Source of the DNA: Methanotrichaceae archaeon
GTDB lineage: Archaea; Halobacteriota; Methanosarcinia; Methanotrichales; Methanotrichaceae
Reading direction: 5' to 3'
Length of the DNA stretch: 64,000 bases
Assembly: GCA_963803145.1 (NCBI GenBank)
Contig: CAWDLW010000008.1
Span: forward strand, 416,001-480,000
Below the pieces are notes generated by a model. The model ran no database searches. It had not been told where the DNA came from and worked only from the letters and a program-made list of their open reading frames with translations. This document shows positions 1 to 9,417 of this stretch, one piece after another. The position numbers and the translations under genes are program-made. The number at the start of each line of letters is the position of its first letter. Position 1 is the stretch's first letter.

Positions 1-19
1 AATTGCAAGATCTCTATTC

Positions 20-649
20 TTGAGCCAGGAAGATACTGTTATGGCGGAAGTGTTAGCTCTCTTCCACGATATTGGCAGATTCGAACAGTTGAGACAGTAT
101 GGCAGCTTTAATGATCGCATCAAAGACCACGCTGCCCTGGGTATGAAAATACTCGATCGTTCCGGGATTCTTTGCGATCTGCCAAAAGAAGAAAGAGATT
201 TGATTCAAAGAGTTGTCTGGCTTCATAACAAATATGCAATTCCTGATGCGGAAAAGGCCGATAGTCTCCTCTTCTCTAGACTAATTCGAGATGCGGATAA
301 ATTGGATATCCTCGGACTGATAGTTGAGCATTTTAGGACGAGAGATTTGAATCCGAACAATGAGTTAGACCTTGGGCTTGTAGAGAAGCCGGGATTCACC
401 CGACAAACTGTGAATGATATTTTGAATAGAAAAATGATAAGAATCACAGAACTCGGTAGCTTGACCGATATGAGATTGATGTATTTAAGTTGGGTCTTTG
501 ACATCAACTTTCCCACAACCTTATCCTGCATAGAGGAGAGAGGCTATCTAGAGAAGCTGCAAATTGGTCTGCCCAAAGATCGTGATGTTTGCCGAGCTAT
601 CGACGTTATCGCGGAATATTTACATGAGAGAAAGAGAATCTCTATTTAA
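20..649 (+). CDS. HD-domain phosphohydrolase (true start probably upstream of window)
   Basis: LFHDIGRFEQ HD motif and RDADKLD motif; the N-terminal His of the domain is absent, so the gene likely begins before position 1. Confidence 0.8.
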   Translation: MSQEDTVMAEVLALFHDIGRFEQLRQYGSFNDRIKDHAALGMKILDRSGILCDLPKEERDLIQRVVWLHNKYAIPDAEKADSLLFSRLIRDADKLDILGLIVEHFRTRDLNPNNELDLGLVEKPGFTRQTVNDILNRKMIRITELGSLTDMRLMYLSWVFDINFPTTLSCIEERGYLEKLQIGLPKDRDVCRAIDVIAEYLHERKRISI

Positions 650-711
650 AGATTACAGATAGTTATCTGGGTTCACAGACTATCGGTTTTAGAAACGAAA
701 AGGAAAATATC

Positions 712-1197
712 CTACGTATCCCCTAGCGTCTCGCTGGCGATAAGGAATCCTATTGCCCTTTCGGCCAGAGGGTACCTTCGTACAAGTGCCTTAAACTTCT
801 TGCCATGGTTCGGCTGAAGCAGATGTGCAAGCTCATGAACTATAACGTAATCCTCTACCCATTGGGGCATCTTAGCCAATCTCTGGCTTATCCTGATGGT
901 CTTCTCATAGAAGCTGCAGGACCCACGCCGCCTTTCCTGGCGTGAGGAGTAGCTTATGCTATCCCAAGAGAGATCTCCTCCAAAGTACTTATTATTTAGA
1001 TAGTCTGCCCTGGCATTGAGGCTGGCATCATCACGCACAGCGGCCCTTTTTTCAAGCTTCGCCTGAAGCCTGATAATATGGTCAGCAAGCGCGGCATCAG
1101 ATATCTTGGCGGGGGCCAAAACCTCCATTGCTCCATTGACCATCCGCGCCTGAATAGTCTTCCTGCGCCTGGGGGATCTCTTGACAATGATCTCCAT
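712..1197 (-). CDS. M48-like/YgjP (DUF45) zinc metallopeptidase
   Basis: DYVIVHELAHL HExxH motif followed by NHGKKF; RRGSCS segment typical of the family. Confidence 0.85.
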   Translation of the reverse strand: MEIIVKRSPRRRKTIQARMVNGAMEVLAPAKISDAALADHIIRLQAKLEKRAAVRDDASLNARADYLNNKYFGGDLSWDSISYSSRQERRRGSCSFYEKTIRISQRLAKMPQWVEDYVIVHELAHLLQPNHGKKFKALVRRYPLAERAIGFLIASETLGDT

Positions 1198-1773
1198 ACA
1201 ACCCTTCTGTTAATGCATATGTTAATAAGCTTGTTTCGGAAGTCTGATAAGGAATTATATTTCATTGCATCTCTTCGTATTTCCAATTCTTACCTGAGCT
1301 ATTTGAGATGCCTGTTTATCGCAAAATTGTGAAATTTTATGAAGTTTTCTCAAATATCGTTATGTATGATGGACAATAACATAAAGAGGCAAAAGGCTCA
1401 CAGCATATTACGAGGGATTTGTTTGATCTGCCAAGAACACAACAGTCAACCGCACTATTGTAAAATTGGCTGCCTGCTGAGAAATCTCTCCCTATAGTCG
1501 CAAAACTTTTGGCTGCCAGCATGACAAGCCTACCAACATTACTAGATCCGGTTGGCCTTTGATTTTTAGATATAGCATCAGAGCTTCTTGCCCGCAAAAA
1601 AACATGCGTGATTGAAGATTTGGTTGCCTATAACGGAGGCGTATTGAATGATCAAATTGCTCCCATAAGGGTTCAACATACGAAATTAAGGGCTAAAATC
1701 CCGGTTTATCGGGACTGATGCCGACTCAGCTTGAGAGGAAGAACATCTGAGAGATAATTAAAGAGGTAATTAA

Positions 1774-3102
1774 ATGTACGAATCATATGACGAGCTTCCC
1801 AAACTGAGGCTTCCTCTAGGCCAGGAGGTATTCCTCAGCGACTCTACGCTTAGGGATGGAGCCCAAATGCCCGGCGTAGTCATAAAAGTAAAGGACAGGC
1901 TGAAGATATTTGAGTATCTGCACAGGATAGGCATCGAAAAGCTGGAGCTGTTCCTATTTACTAAAAGCGATAAAGAAGCAGCCAGGACGATGCTTGATAA
2001 GAATTACCTTTGCCCTGAGGTCACAGGCTGGGCCAGGGCTAACCCAAAGGATATCGATCTCGTCCTCGCCGCGGATGGAATAAAGGAGACAGGGATACTG
2101 ATGTCAATCTCCGATGTTCAGATACGCACCAAGCTTGGCCTAAAAACACGTGAGGAAGCTGAGGAAAAGTTCCTTACTGCTCTCCAGTATGCTGTAGACC
2201 ACGGCCTGAAAACCCGGGCCCATCTCGAGGATATAACAAGGGCAGATTTGGACGGGTTTGTCTACCCCCTTGTGGAAAAGCTGATTGATATCGATCCCAG
2301 CTGCATAATGCGCATATGCGATACACTTGGCTTTGGACTGCCCTTTGATGGGATAGCGAATCCCTATGGAATACCTGAGATGGTCAGGAAGATGCTATCC
2401 TTAGGCGTGAAGAATATCGAGACACATACACACGACGACTTTGGGATGGCCACAGCCAACTCACTTGCAGGCTATTGGCATGGAGCCAACTGGTCCAATA
2501 TGACCTTCCTCGGAATGGGTGAGAGAGCAGGAAACTCAGAGCTCGAGAAGGCGCTTCTCTTTCTGGTACAAAGGATTGATGGATTCCAGAAGTATGATCT
2601 GTCCTGTTTGCTCGAGTTTGCAGAGTATATAGAGGAGCATGTCGGCATACGTGTCCCTAGAAACAAGGCGGTTGTCGGAAGGAACGTCTTTGCTCACGAG
2701 AGCGGCATACATACGGCTGGAGTGATCAAGAATCCCTTCATCTATGAGCCCTATCCTCCTGAGCTTGTGGGAAGCAGACGCAAGATAATGATCGGCAACA
2801 CCTCAGGCACCGAAGTTGTTCGGTTTAAGGTAGAGGAAGCTCTCAAAGAGCTTATGCATATAGATGCAGGCCTTGAGAAGGACGATTGGAGGATAAGATG
2901 CATTCATTCTGAGATCAGACAGCAATACGATGCAGAGACAAGGAACTCGTGCATCTCGGATGAAGAACTCAGGGCATATGTCGAGAAGTACTTCCTCTTC
3001 AAATCCATTCTTGAGAAGGAGTCGCACAGGCATGATGCAAACGGTATAAAGGAAGAGCTGCAGAAGAATGAGGCCTCCGACACAAAGCAGATGTATCCCT
3101 GA
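1774..3102 (+). CDS. DRE-TIM metallolyase (LeuA/homocitrate synthase superfamily), Re-citrate synthase-like
   Basis: DSTLRDGAQ, HTHDD, GMGERAGN and HESGIH motifs; PEVTGWARA and HLEDITRAD resemble clostridial Re-citrate synthases; no LeuA regulatory domain. Confidence 0.75.
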   Translation: MYESYDELPKLRLPLGQEVFLSDSTLRDGAQMPGVVIKVKDRLKIFEYLHRIGIEKLELFLFTKSDKEAARTMLDKNYLCPEVTGWARANPKDIDLVLAADGIKETGILMSISDVQIRTKLGLKTREEAEEKFLTALQYAVDHGLKTRAHLEDITRADLDGFVYPLVEKLIDIDPSCIMRICDTLGFGLPFDGIANPYGIPEMVRKMLSLGVKNIETHTHDDFGMATANSLAGYWHGANWSNMTFLGMGERAGNSELEKALLFLVQRIDGFQKYDLSCLLEFAEYIEEHVGIRVPRNKAVVGRNVFAHESGIHTAGVIKNPFIYEPYPPELVGSRRKIMIGNTSGTEVVRFKVEEALKELMHIDAGLEKDDWRIRCIHSEIRQQYDAETRNSCISDEELRAYVEKYFLFKSILEKESHRHDANGIKEELQKNEASDTKQMYP

Positions 3103-3241
3103 GCTTTTCTTTTTAAATATATAACCGATTTTTCAGCATGTCCGATGCTTTATATCCATGATAGTAGTTGAAAAAAACGTAAGTCATTTATGCATCTATA
3201 CCACTTAAACTATAACAGTAAATTATGGGAAGGGCCCAGTT

Positions 3242-3600
3242 TTGGGGCCTAATAACATAAATATAATTAGGAGTAAAATTAACGAGAAGGGACATTCCTG
3301 GTCTGCAGGAGCAACTTCAATCTCCAAGCTGCCTCCCGAAACAATGATGATGTACCTTGGGCTAGTCATGCCTGAGGCCGAGCTGAAAAGGATAAGGGCC
3401 ACAACGATTGCAGAGAAAACGCGATCTAATAGTAGGGCATCGGTATATCCCCCAGTTGGAACTGGAGAAATGTTTCAGGCCAGGATTGGACTACAAAGGT
3501 TAAGGATCAAGACGGATGCGGCTCATGTGTTGCCTTCGCGACAATTGGAATAATAGAATCCAAAAAGGAAGTAAAAATTGACATATTAATAATATCATGA
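3242..3600 (+). pseudogene. Papain-like (C1A) cysteine peptidase remnant, frameshifted and truncated
   Basis: Propeptide-like ORF (WSAGATSIS) shifts frame at a C run near 3449 into SWNWRNVSGQDWTTKVKDQDGCGSCVAFA (catalytic-Cys motif); stops at 3600. Confidence 0.75.
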
Positions 3601-3642
3601 TACTGGGGCATCATGAAATTAGGGCAGCACAACATCTTCATT

Positions 3643-4095
3643 TCAGCTACAGGGCAACCAGTCCACGCTTACCTCACCAGGCGGACTGTCCGACCAGAGC
3701 TGGATAAACTTCTCGATTGAGAAAACGCCTGTCAAGTCCTCAATGCTTCTGCCAAGGATCGCATGATGACCCTTGCTGTCCGGAGTAGGATCGACGGATT
3801 GCCAGGCTATATGTGCCTTGCCTATGACATTGGAATTTATGCTTGCCTCAAGAGAGCCGCCGCTACACGGATCTGAAGAAGAGCCGGTCCTTACTTCAGT
3901 GCTGCTATCAAGCTTCTCTGTATCGGTATATGCCTCAGTCATAGTTGCGCCTGTATCGTAGTTCTTGACTGTGAGCGTATCCCTATTTGGACTTTGATTA
4001 TTCACCGCCATATAGAAGCCAAGCGGCATATCTGCCGCTCCCGTGAATATAAAGATGAATGCTATCAAGCTCAGATAAAGTAGCGCTTTCCTCAC
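3643..4095 (-). CDS. Secreted hypothetical protein
   Basis: 150-aa ORF with N-terminal signal peptide (MRKALLYLSLIAFIFIF). Confidence 0.65.
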   Translation of the reverse strand: MRKALLYLSLIAFIFIFTGAADMPLGFYMAVNNQSPNRDTLTVKNYDTGATMTEAYTDTEKLDSSTEVRTGSSSDPCSGGSLEASINSNVIGKAHIAWQSVDPTPDSKGHHAILGRSIEDLTGVFSIEKFIQLWSDSPPGEVSVDWLPCS

Positions 4096-4360
4096 TCTCC
4101 CGTCACCTCTACCATCGATGATTGTCGTACTCCTTTTTGAAGCTATCGGCCGGTTGAATTTGACTGGTGACGCGCTTCTTTAATATTATTGTAATATGCG
4201 ATAATATGCCATACGTTTTATAAGCTAACATCAATTAAATATATAAATTTAGGCTTCATATATCTATGAGCAGGGCTGAGGCTGTAGTGTGAATAGAAGA
4301 TCGCATCGGATGTAAATCAGACTAAATATGAATTAATTGAACAAGGATGGGGTTGCAGCC

Positions 4361-4549
4361 ATGGAACTCGGGAAAACGGATAACCTGTATTTGATGATGA
4401 TTTATGTTTATTTGAAGGCATATCAGGAGGCCATCAGGGATTTCGAATATGCCGTGGAAGATGCAGGATACGCAGATATAGCTCTGATGTCAGTAAAACA
4501 AAAATATAAGGAAAGGATTGATAGATTCGCAAACGATCTCCATCGATAG
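4361..4549 (+). CDS. Small hypothetical helical protein (paralog 1)
   Basis: Clear paralog of 4956-5144 with protein-level conservation; start placed at the aligned ATG. Confidence 0.7.
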   Translation: MELGKTDNLYLMMIYVYLKAYQEAIRDFEYAVEDAGYADIALMSVKQKYKERIDRFANDLHR

Positions 4550-4955
4550 CTTCAATAAGCTGATATTGTATTAAATTCCTTTATCTATCCTTACTGGACA
4601 TCCAGCTTTTCGGAGAATTCATCGCTAAATATTGAGATGACGCTAGATCCTTTGCTTCTTTATCATTCTGTTCTGGAAGATCAATGAAATAGCCAGTGGA
4701 AATGAACGTATCCAGAGGTATAAAGGATATAATTCCCGTGAAACTCACTGCTATCAGGCATTTATCATAGTCTCTAATGTGATAAGTTATGCGATGATCT
4801 CTATCGCGGTTCAGGAACTTGCGTCAGTTACATATATCGACAGATGCATATACTTAGACACTGGAAAACAGCCAGATGATTAAGGGTGATTTAAGCCAAG
4901 CGTGAAGAGCCGAGTGAAGATAATCTCGAGCGTAATAAGAAGGGTAATTGAAGTT

Positions 4956-5144
4956 ATGGAGCAAGGACAAACAGGTAACCTATATTTGATGCTGATGTAT
5001 GTGTATTTGAGGGCATATCAAGAGGCAATCCAAGACTTCGAAGACTCCATGAAGGATACGGGCTATGGCGACATGGCACTTATGTCTGTCAAGCAAAGGC
5101 ATAGAGAGAATATAGATAAAATTGCCAGAGAGCTCATGCTCTAG
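4956..5144 (+). CDS. Small hypothetical helical protein (paralog 2)
   Basis: NLYLMxxYVYLxAYQEAIxDFE...GYxDxALMSVKQ shared with 4361-4549. Confidence 0.7.
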   Translation: MEQGQTGNLYLMLMYVYLRAYQEAIQDFEDSMKDTGYGDMALMSVKQRHRENIDKIARELML

Positions 5145-5216
5145 CTCTCTGAACTTATCCATCCAATCAGAGCTTATCCTACAGATATGCCAAACACGAT
5201 AGAGAATTAAATTAAG

Positions 5217-6017
5217 TTAAACTTTGAACTGAACCTCCTTTGTATCCAGAATCGAACCGTTGGCGAGTTTGGCGGTCGCATTTACCAAGTAAGTCCCCGG
5301 CTTCAGCTCTTTTTTGGTGGCTGTTGATATCTGAAAAATTCTCGATGCCCCGGCGATTATATTTGAACTCAAAGGTGTTGAGGCATAGGCGATGGCATTT
5401 CCCTTAATATCCACAAGTTCAGCATAAGCTCTGGCCTTATAATGACAGTTGCCTGTGTTCCTCAATATTAGCGAAATATTTTGCTGCCGCGCAGAGATAG
5501 GCTCTTCGAGCCTTAGATCTTCGATCCTGCCTGATTTCTTTAGACCTGTGCCTGAGATCGTGAGCCTGACAGGAACCTCCACAGCCACAATTATGCCCAC
5601 TGTGCCGTTGCCGATCGGAAGGCTGTGAATATTGACAAGGGCATACCTGCCTCCTGGGCGGGCATTATAGGGAATTTTGCCTTCTATAGTGACCTTCTGA
5701 GATTCACCAGGTTCCAAATGAAAGCTTGCTGGAGTTGCCTTCAGGAATGTGCGTGCCGAATATGGGCCTGAATCTTCACCTTCCTTAAGGTCCATATTAT
5801 CCCCATCAATGGTTTGATTCATCCCCAGGATATCGACCGTTAGATCCATTGGCGGACTGGTAATATCTGAGCTTACAGTCATCTCGTGATCAAACGTCTC
5901 TCCCGGATCAGCATTCCTCTCAATGATAGCCCCTGAGACTCCAAGTCCTGCTGATGCCAGCGGTAGTGCAAGAAAAAGAAATATCAACGAGTACGCAATT
6001 TTCGATTGAACTCTCAT
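5217..6017 (-). CDS. Secreted protein with probable two Ig-like domains (DUF916/chaperone-like)
   Basis: Signal peptide; FHLEPGESQKVTI...PGGRYA and LRNTGN motifs typical of beta-sandwich surface or chaperone proteins. Confidence 0.55.
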   Translation of the reverse strand: MRVQSKIAYSLIFLFLALPLASAGLGVSGAIIERNADPGETFDHEMTVSSDITSPPMDLTVDILGMNQTIDGDNMDLKEGEDSGPYSARTFLKATPASFHLEPGESQKVTIEGKIPYNARPGGRYALVNIHSLPIGNGTVGIIVAVEVPVRLTISGTGLKKSGRIEDLRLEEPISARQQNISLILRNTGNCHYKARAYAELVDIKGNAIAYASTPLSSNIIAGASRIFQISTATKKELKPGTYLVNATAKLANGSILDTKEVQFKV

Positions 6018-6053
6018 ATCCTGAATACCTCATATCCGATATTGGAAAGAACT

Positions 6054-6084
6054 AGAGCCTGATGGCTAACGAAGCCCAGGCTCT
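6054..6084 (-). other. Intergenic stem-loop between the two secreted-protein genes
   Basis: agagcctg...caggctct arms with inner ggct/agcc pairing. Confidence 0.5.
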
Positions 6085-6101
6085 TACCCCAACAATTAAA
6101 A

Positions 6102-6611
6102 TCACTCCAACATCCCTGTGAAGGTCACCACTGCTGAGTAATCGAGTGTGGTGTCGTTTTCCTCAATGATATCATCGAATGAACCCTGCTGCTGGAATGT
6201 GATTGGAAAATGCTGGTTTGCCCCATGAGCGGTTTTTCTAAGGAAATAGTTGTTTGTTGTAGTAGAAGGCTTGAAAGGAGTTACATTTGTAGTTGCTATT
6301 TGGATGTAGTTCAGAAGCGTATGATTAGTGCCAGCTGGTCCTACTGCCTTCATGTTGGCCCCGCCTGGAGCCTTGGCTCCCACCTTCCAATCGGCATTAG
6401 CATTAACTATGAGATCCTTTGTAATGGTATTCAAAATGCTTGGGTTTATGCTCCAATGTGCCGTCATATCAGGAGGAGTGATGCTGATATACGGGATTAC
6501 CTCTGCTGTGATCGTTGTATCCTTTATGGAGTCGCACAAGACTATGCCGCATAGTAGTGCCATAGCAGTGACGAAAGCCACTGCTAAGCCCAATATTATC
6601 GGTTTATTCAT
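6102..6611 (-). CDS. Secreted Thr-rich beta protein (WxL/pilin-subunit-like)
   Basis: Signal peptide, 169 aa, terminal YSAVVTFTG beta strand. Confidence 0.55.
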   Translation of the reverse strand: MNKPIILGLAVAFVTAMALLCGIVLCDSIKDTTITAEVIPYISITPPDMTAHWSINPSILNTITKDLIVNANADWKVGAKAPGGANMKAVGPAGTNHTLLNYIQIATTNVTPFKPSTTTNNYFLRKTAHGANQHFPITFQQQGSFDDIIEENDTTLDYSAVVTFTGMLE

Positions 6612-6911
6612 AACCCTATTCCCCTCTCTTTTATCCAGGCTTCAACCGGCATCAAGAAGGCTGCAAGATACTTACAAGCATTCTTCAGTCAGTAATAATA
6701 GCCTGTTATATTTTGCATTCTGACAAATCTACATTATTTATGATAAAGCTTAATGAAAGACTATTTCTAATTTAGATCAGTAGCCAGAATTCTAATTGTG
6801 AATATATACAATGCCCGATACGTGATTAGGTGACTGATGCACAGAAGATAAGTTTTGACTGGAGGGCAATATCATACGTTCGTCGTTAATGCCTCGATCC
6901 AGCTTTATATC

Positions 6912-8699
6912 CTATCTACCGGGTATCAGACATCTGCCGCACTCTCCGATCAGATCCCTCCTGCCTGCCATGATCAGGCCCTCTCTGATAAGGCCATAGT
7001 TCTTCGGATCACGGTAATGCAGTATAGCTCGCTGTATCCTTTTCTCCCTTCCTTTGGGGATATGAACAGACTTCATCGTAAAAGGATCAAGGCCGGTGTA
7101 ATACATGGCCGTTGAGATCGTCATCGGCGTCGGAGTAAAGTCCTGAACCTGCTCTGTATACATATGGTGGTCGCGGATGTATTCTGCCAGCTCGATCATA
7201 TCCTCGATGGTGCACCCAGGGTGACCAGACATCAGATAAGGCAAAATGTACTGCCTCTTGCTTAAATCCCTGCTAACCGCCTCGAACCTTTCGCGAAATG
7301 ATTCTAAAATCTCAACAGGCGGCTTATGCATGCAATCCGTTACCTGACGTGAGATATGTTCGGGTGCTATCTTCAGGTGTCCTGAGACATGATGCTCGCA
7401 AAGATCATGCAGATACTCGGATGAGTCGGCAAGAATGAGATCATGTCTTATGCCGGAGCCGATGAAGACCTTTCTAACGCCCGGCAGGGCCCTCAGCCTG
7501 CTCAGCATCTCAACAAGCTGGCTGTGATCTTTATTCAGGCTTGGACATTCTGCCGTACATAGCTTGTCTTTGCAAGTCCCTCGTTTCCAGTTGGGGCAGC
7601 CGAGGCCGTACATGTTTGCTGTCGGGCCGCCGATATCCTGGATTATCCCTTTGAATCCCTTCATCCGGGTAAGCACCTTTGCCTCTCGAATTATCGATTC
7701 AATGCTGCGGCTCTGGACGATCCTTCCCTGGTGGTGGGTCAGTGCGCAGAAAGAGCAAGAACCGAAGCATCCTCGATGGCTAGTTATGGAGAACTTTACA
7801 GGCTCAAGGGCAGGAACAGGCTTTCCGTATGAGGGGTGTGCCTCATGTGTGTAAGGCAGCTCATAAATATGATCCAGCTCCTCAGTGCTCAAGGGCATTG
7901 CTGGCTTGTTCTGGATGACCACAGTTTTTGGATGAGGCTGGACGACAGTTCTGCCCTGGAATGGATCCTGCTCTTGATAGTGCATCCGGAATGCCTCGGC
8001 GTAAGCCTTTTTGTTTGAAGATACCTCTGAGAAGCTCGGGATGACGATGCAATTCTCCTTAGAAGCATCCTTCCAGATGCGAACCTCCTCCTTGACAACA
8101 GTTCCCGGTAGTTCTCTGATAGTCCGAATGCACTCTCCCTTATCTAAGCGAGCGGCCACATCCAGTAGCGGCCGTTCACCCATGCCGAAGACTACCATAT
8201 CGGCGGGCGCATCTGCCAGAATGGACTGGCGAACTGAATCAGACCAGTAATCATAATGTGCGAACCTTCGCAGGCTGGCCTCAATGCCTCCAAGGATTAT
8301 TGGAACTCCAGGAAAAAGTGCATGAACATTATTCGCATAAACTATTGTAGCCCTGTCCGGCCGGTGCCGAATGCCGCCGGGCGAATAGACATCGCCGCTC
8401 CTTCGCTTCAGGCTCGGCGTATAGTTGTTGACCATTGAATCCACATTGCCTGAGGATATGCCGAAGAAGAGCCGTGGAGTGCCCAGAACCCTTAGGGATT
8501 CGCCGTCATTCCAATCAGGCTGAGCTATGATCCCCACCGCGTAGCCAGCATCCCACAGGACACGGCCTATCAAGCCAATGCCGAAGGATGGATGATCGAT
8601 ATAGGCGTCTCCGCTCACAAGGATGATATCGAACTGATCTATTCCGAGTTTCTCTGCCTCCTGCATGGACATAGGGAGAAATCTGGGCTGCTTTTTCAT
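6912..8699 (-). CDS. ygiQ: YgiQ/UPF0313 family radical SAM protein
   Basis: GDAYIDHPSFG, ASLRRFAHYDYWSD, CFGSCSFC cluster motif, QVQDFTPTP. Confidence 0.93.
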   Translation of the reverse strand: MKKQPRFLPMSMQEAEKLGIDQFDIILVSGDAYIDHPSFGIGLIGRVLWDAGYAVGIIAQPDWNDGESLRVLGTPRLFFGISSGNVDSMVNNYTPSLKRRSGDVYSPGGIRHRPDRATIVYANNVHALFPGVPIILGGIEASLRRFAHYDYWSDSVRQSILADAPADMVVFGMGERPLLDVAARLDKGECIRTIRELPGTVVKEEVRIWKDASKENCIVIPSFSEVSSNKKAYAEAFRMHYQEQDPFQGRTVVQPHPKTVVIQNKPAMPLSTEELDHIYELPYTHEAHPSYGKPVPALEPVKFSITSHRGCFGSCSFCALTHHQGRIVQSRSIESIIREAKVLTRMKGFKGIIQDIGGPTANMYGLGCPNWKRGTCKDKLCTAECPSLNKDHSQLVEMLSRLRALPGVRKVFIGSGIRHDLILADSSEYLHDLCEHHVSGHLKIAPEHISRQVTDCMHKPPVEILESFRERFEAVSRDLSKRQYILPYLMSGHPGCTIEDMIELAEYIRDHHMYTEQVQDFTPTPMTISTAMYYTGLDPFTMKSVHIPKGREKRIQRAILHYRDPKNYGLIREGLIMAGRRDLIGECGRCLIPGR

Positions 8700-8970
8700 G
8701 GCTACTTGAGTTTATTGCTATTTTACTACTAATAGTGTACTCATTTCCAAGGATGTAGTTATATCATTGGATCTTGTTGGAGCCCTTGTTTCTTCGCATA
8801 GAGCTACGAAGACTTAACCTCAAAGACACTAAGAGACAAAGGATGGCACTAAGATGGAATAATCTCCATTGAATTAGATTAAATCGTCTTTGTGGTGAGC
8901 TTAATCGACGCTAAACTATACTAAGGCACAATAAGCTAGTGATAAATACAAGAGCCACAAATGTCGGAGC

Positions 8971-9417
8971 ATGAGTTCACTACCTCTGGCCTCTTGGATG
9001 ACAAGGTTCTGGGCATGGCTTATAGATTTACTTCTGATCGGCGTTCTCTGGGGCATAGTCAGAGGAGCAATCGGGGCTCCAATTGATATTGGATATATAC
9101 ACTACGGCATCTATGGACTCAATCTTAATTTGGAGTCTCAGGAGCTTTTATTATTCATCTATTGGACTGTACTCGAGGGATATAGAGGGCAATCCATCGG
9201 AAAGATGGCGATGAACCTGGCGGTGGTTGGCTCAGAAGGGGAGAGCATAGGCTTTAAAGATGCGGCAATTGAAAGCTTCGGGAAGGCATTCCTTCTGCCC
9301 CTCGACTGTATAATAGGATGGCTTGCGATGCGCGGCTCCGGGCAGCGACTGTTCAACAGGATCTCGAACACTGTTGTAATAAGGACTAATATAGAATGCG
9401 AAAGATGCCAAACTTAA
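8971..9417 (+). CDS. RDD family membrane protein
   Basis: [14 protein letters not shown] and [13 protein letters not shown] motifs. Confidence 0.88.
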   Translation: MSSLPLASWMTRFWAWLIDLLLIGVLWGIVRGAIGAPIDIGYIHYGIYGLNLNLESQELLLFIYWTVLEGYRGQSIGKMAMNLAVVGSEGESIGFKDAAIESFGKAFLLPLDCIIGWLAMRGSGQRLFNRISNTVVIRTNIECERCQT

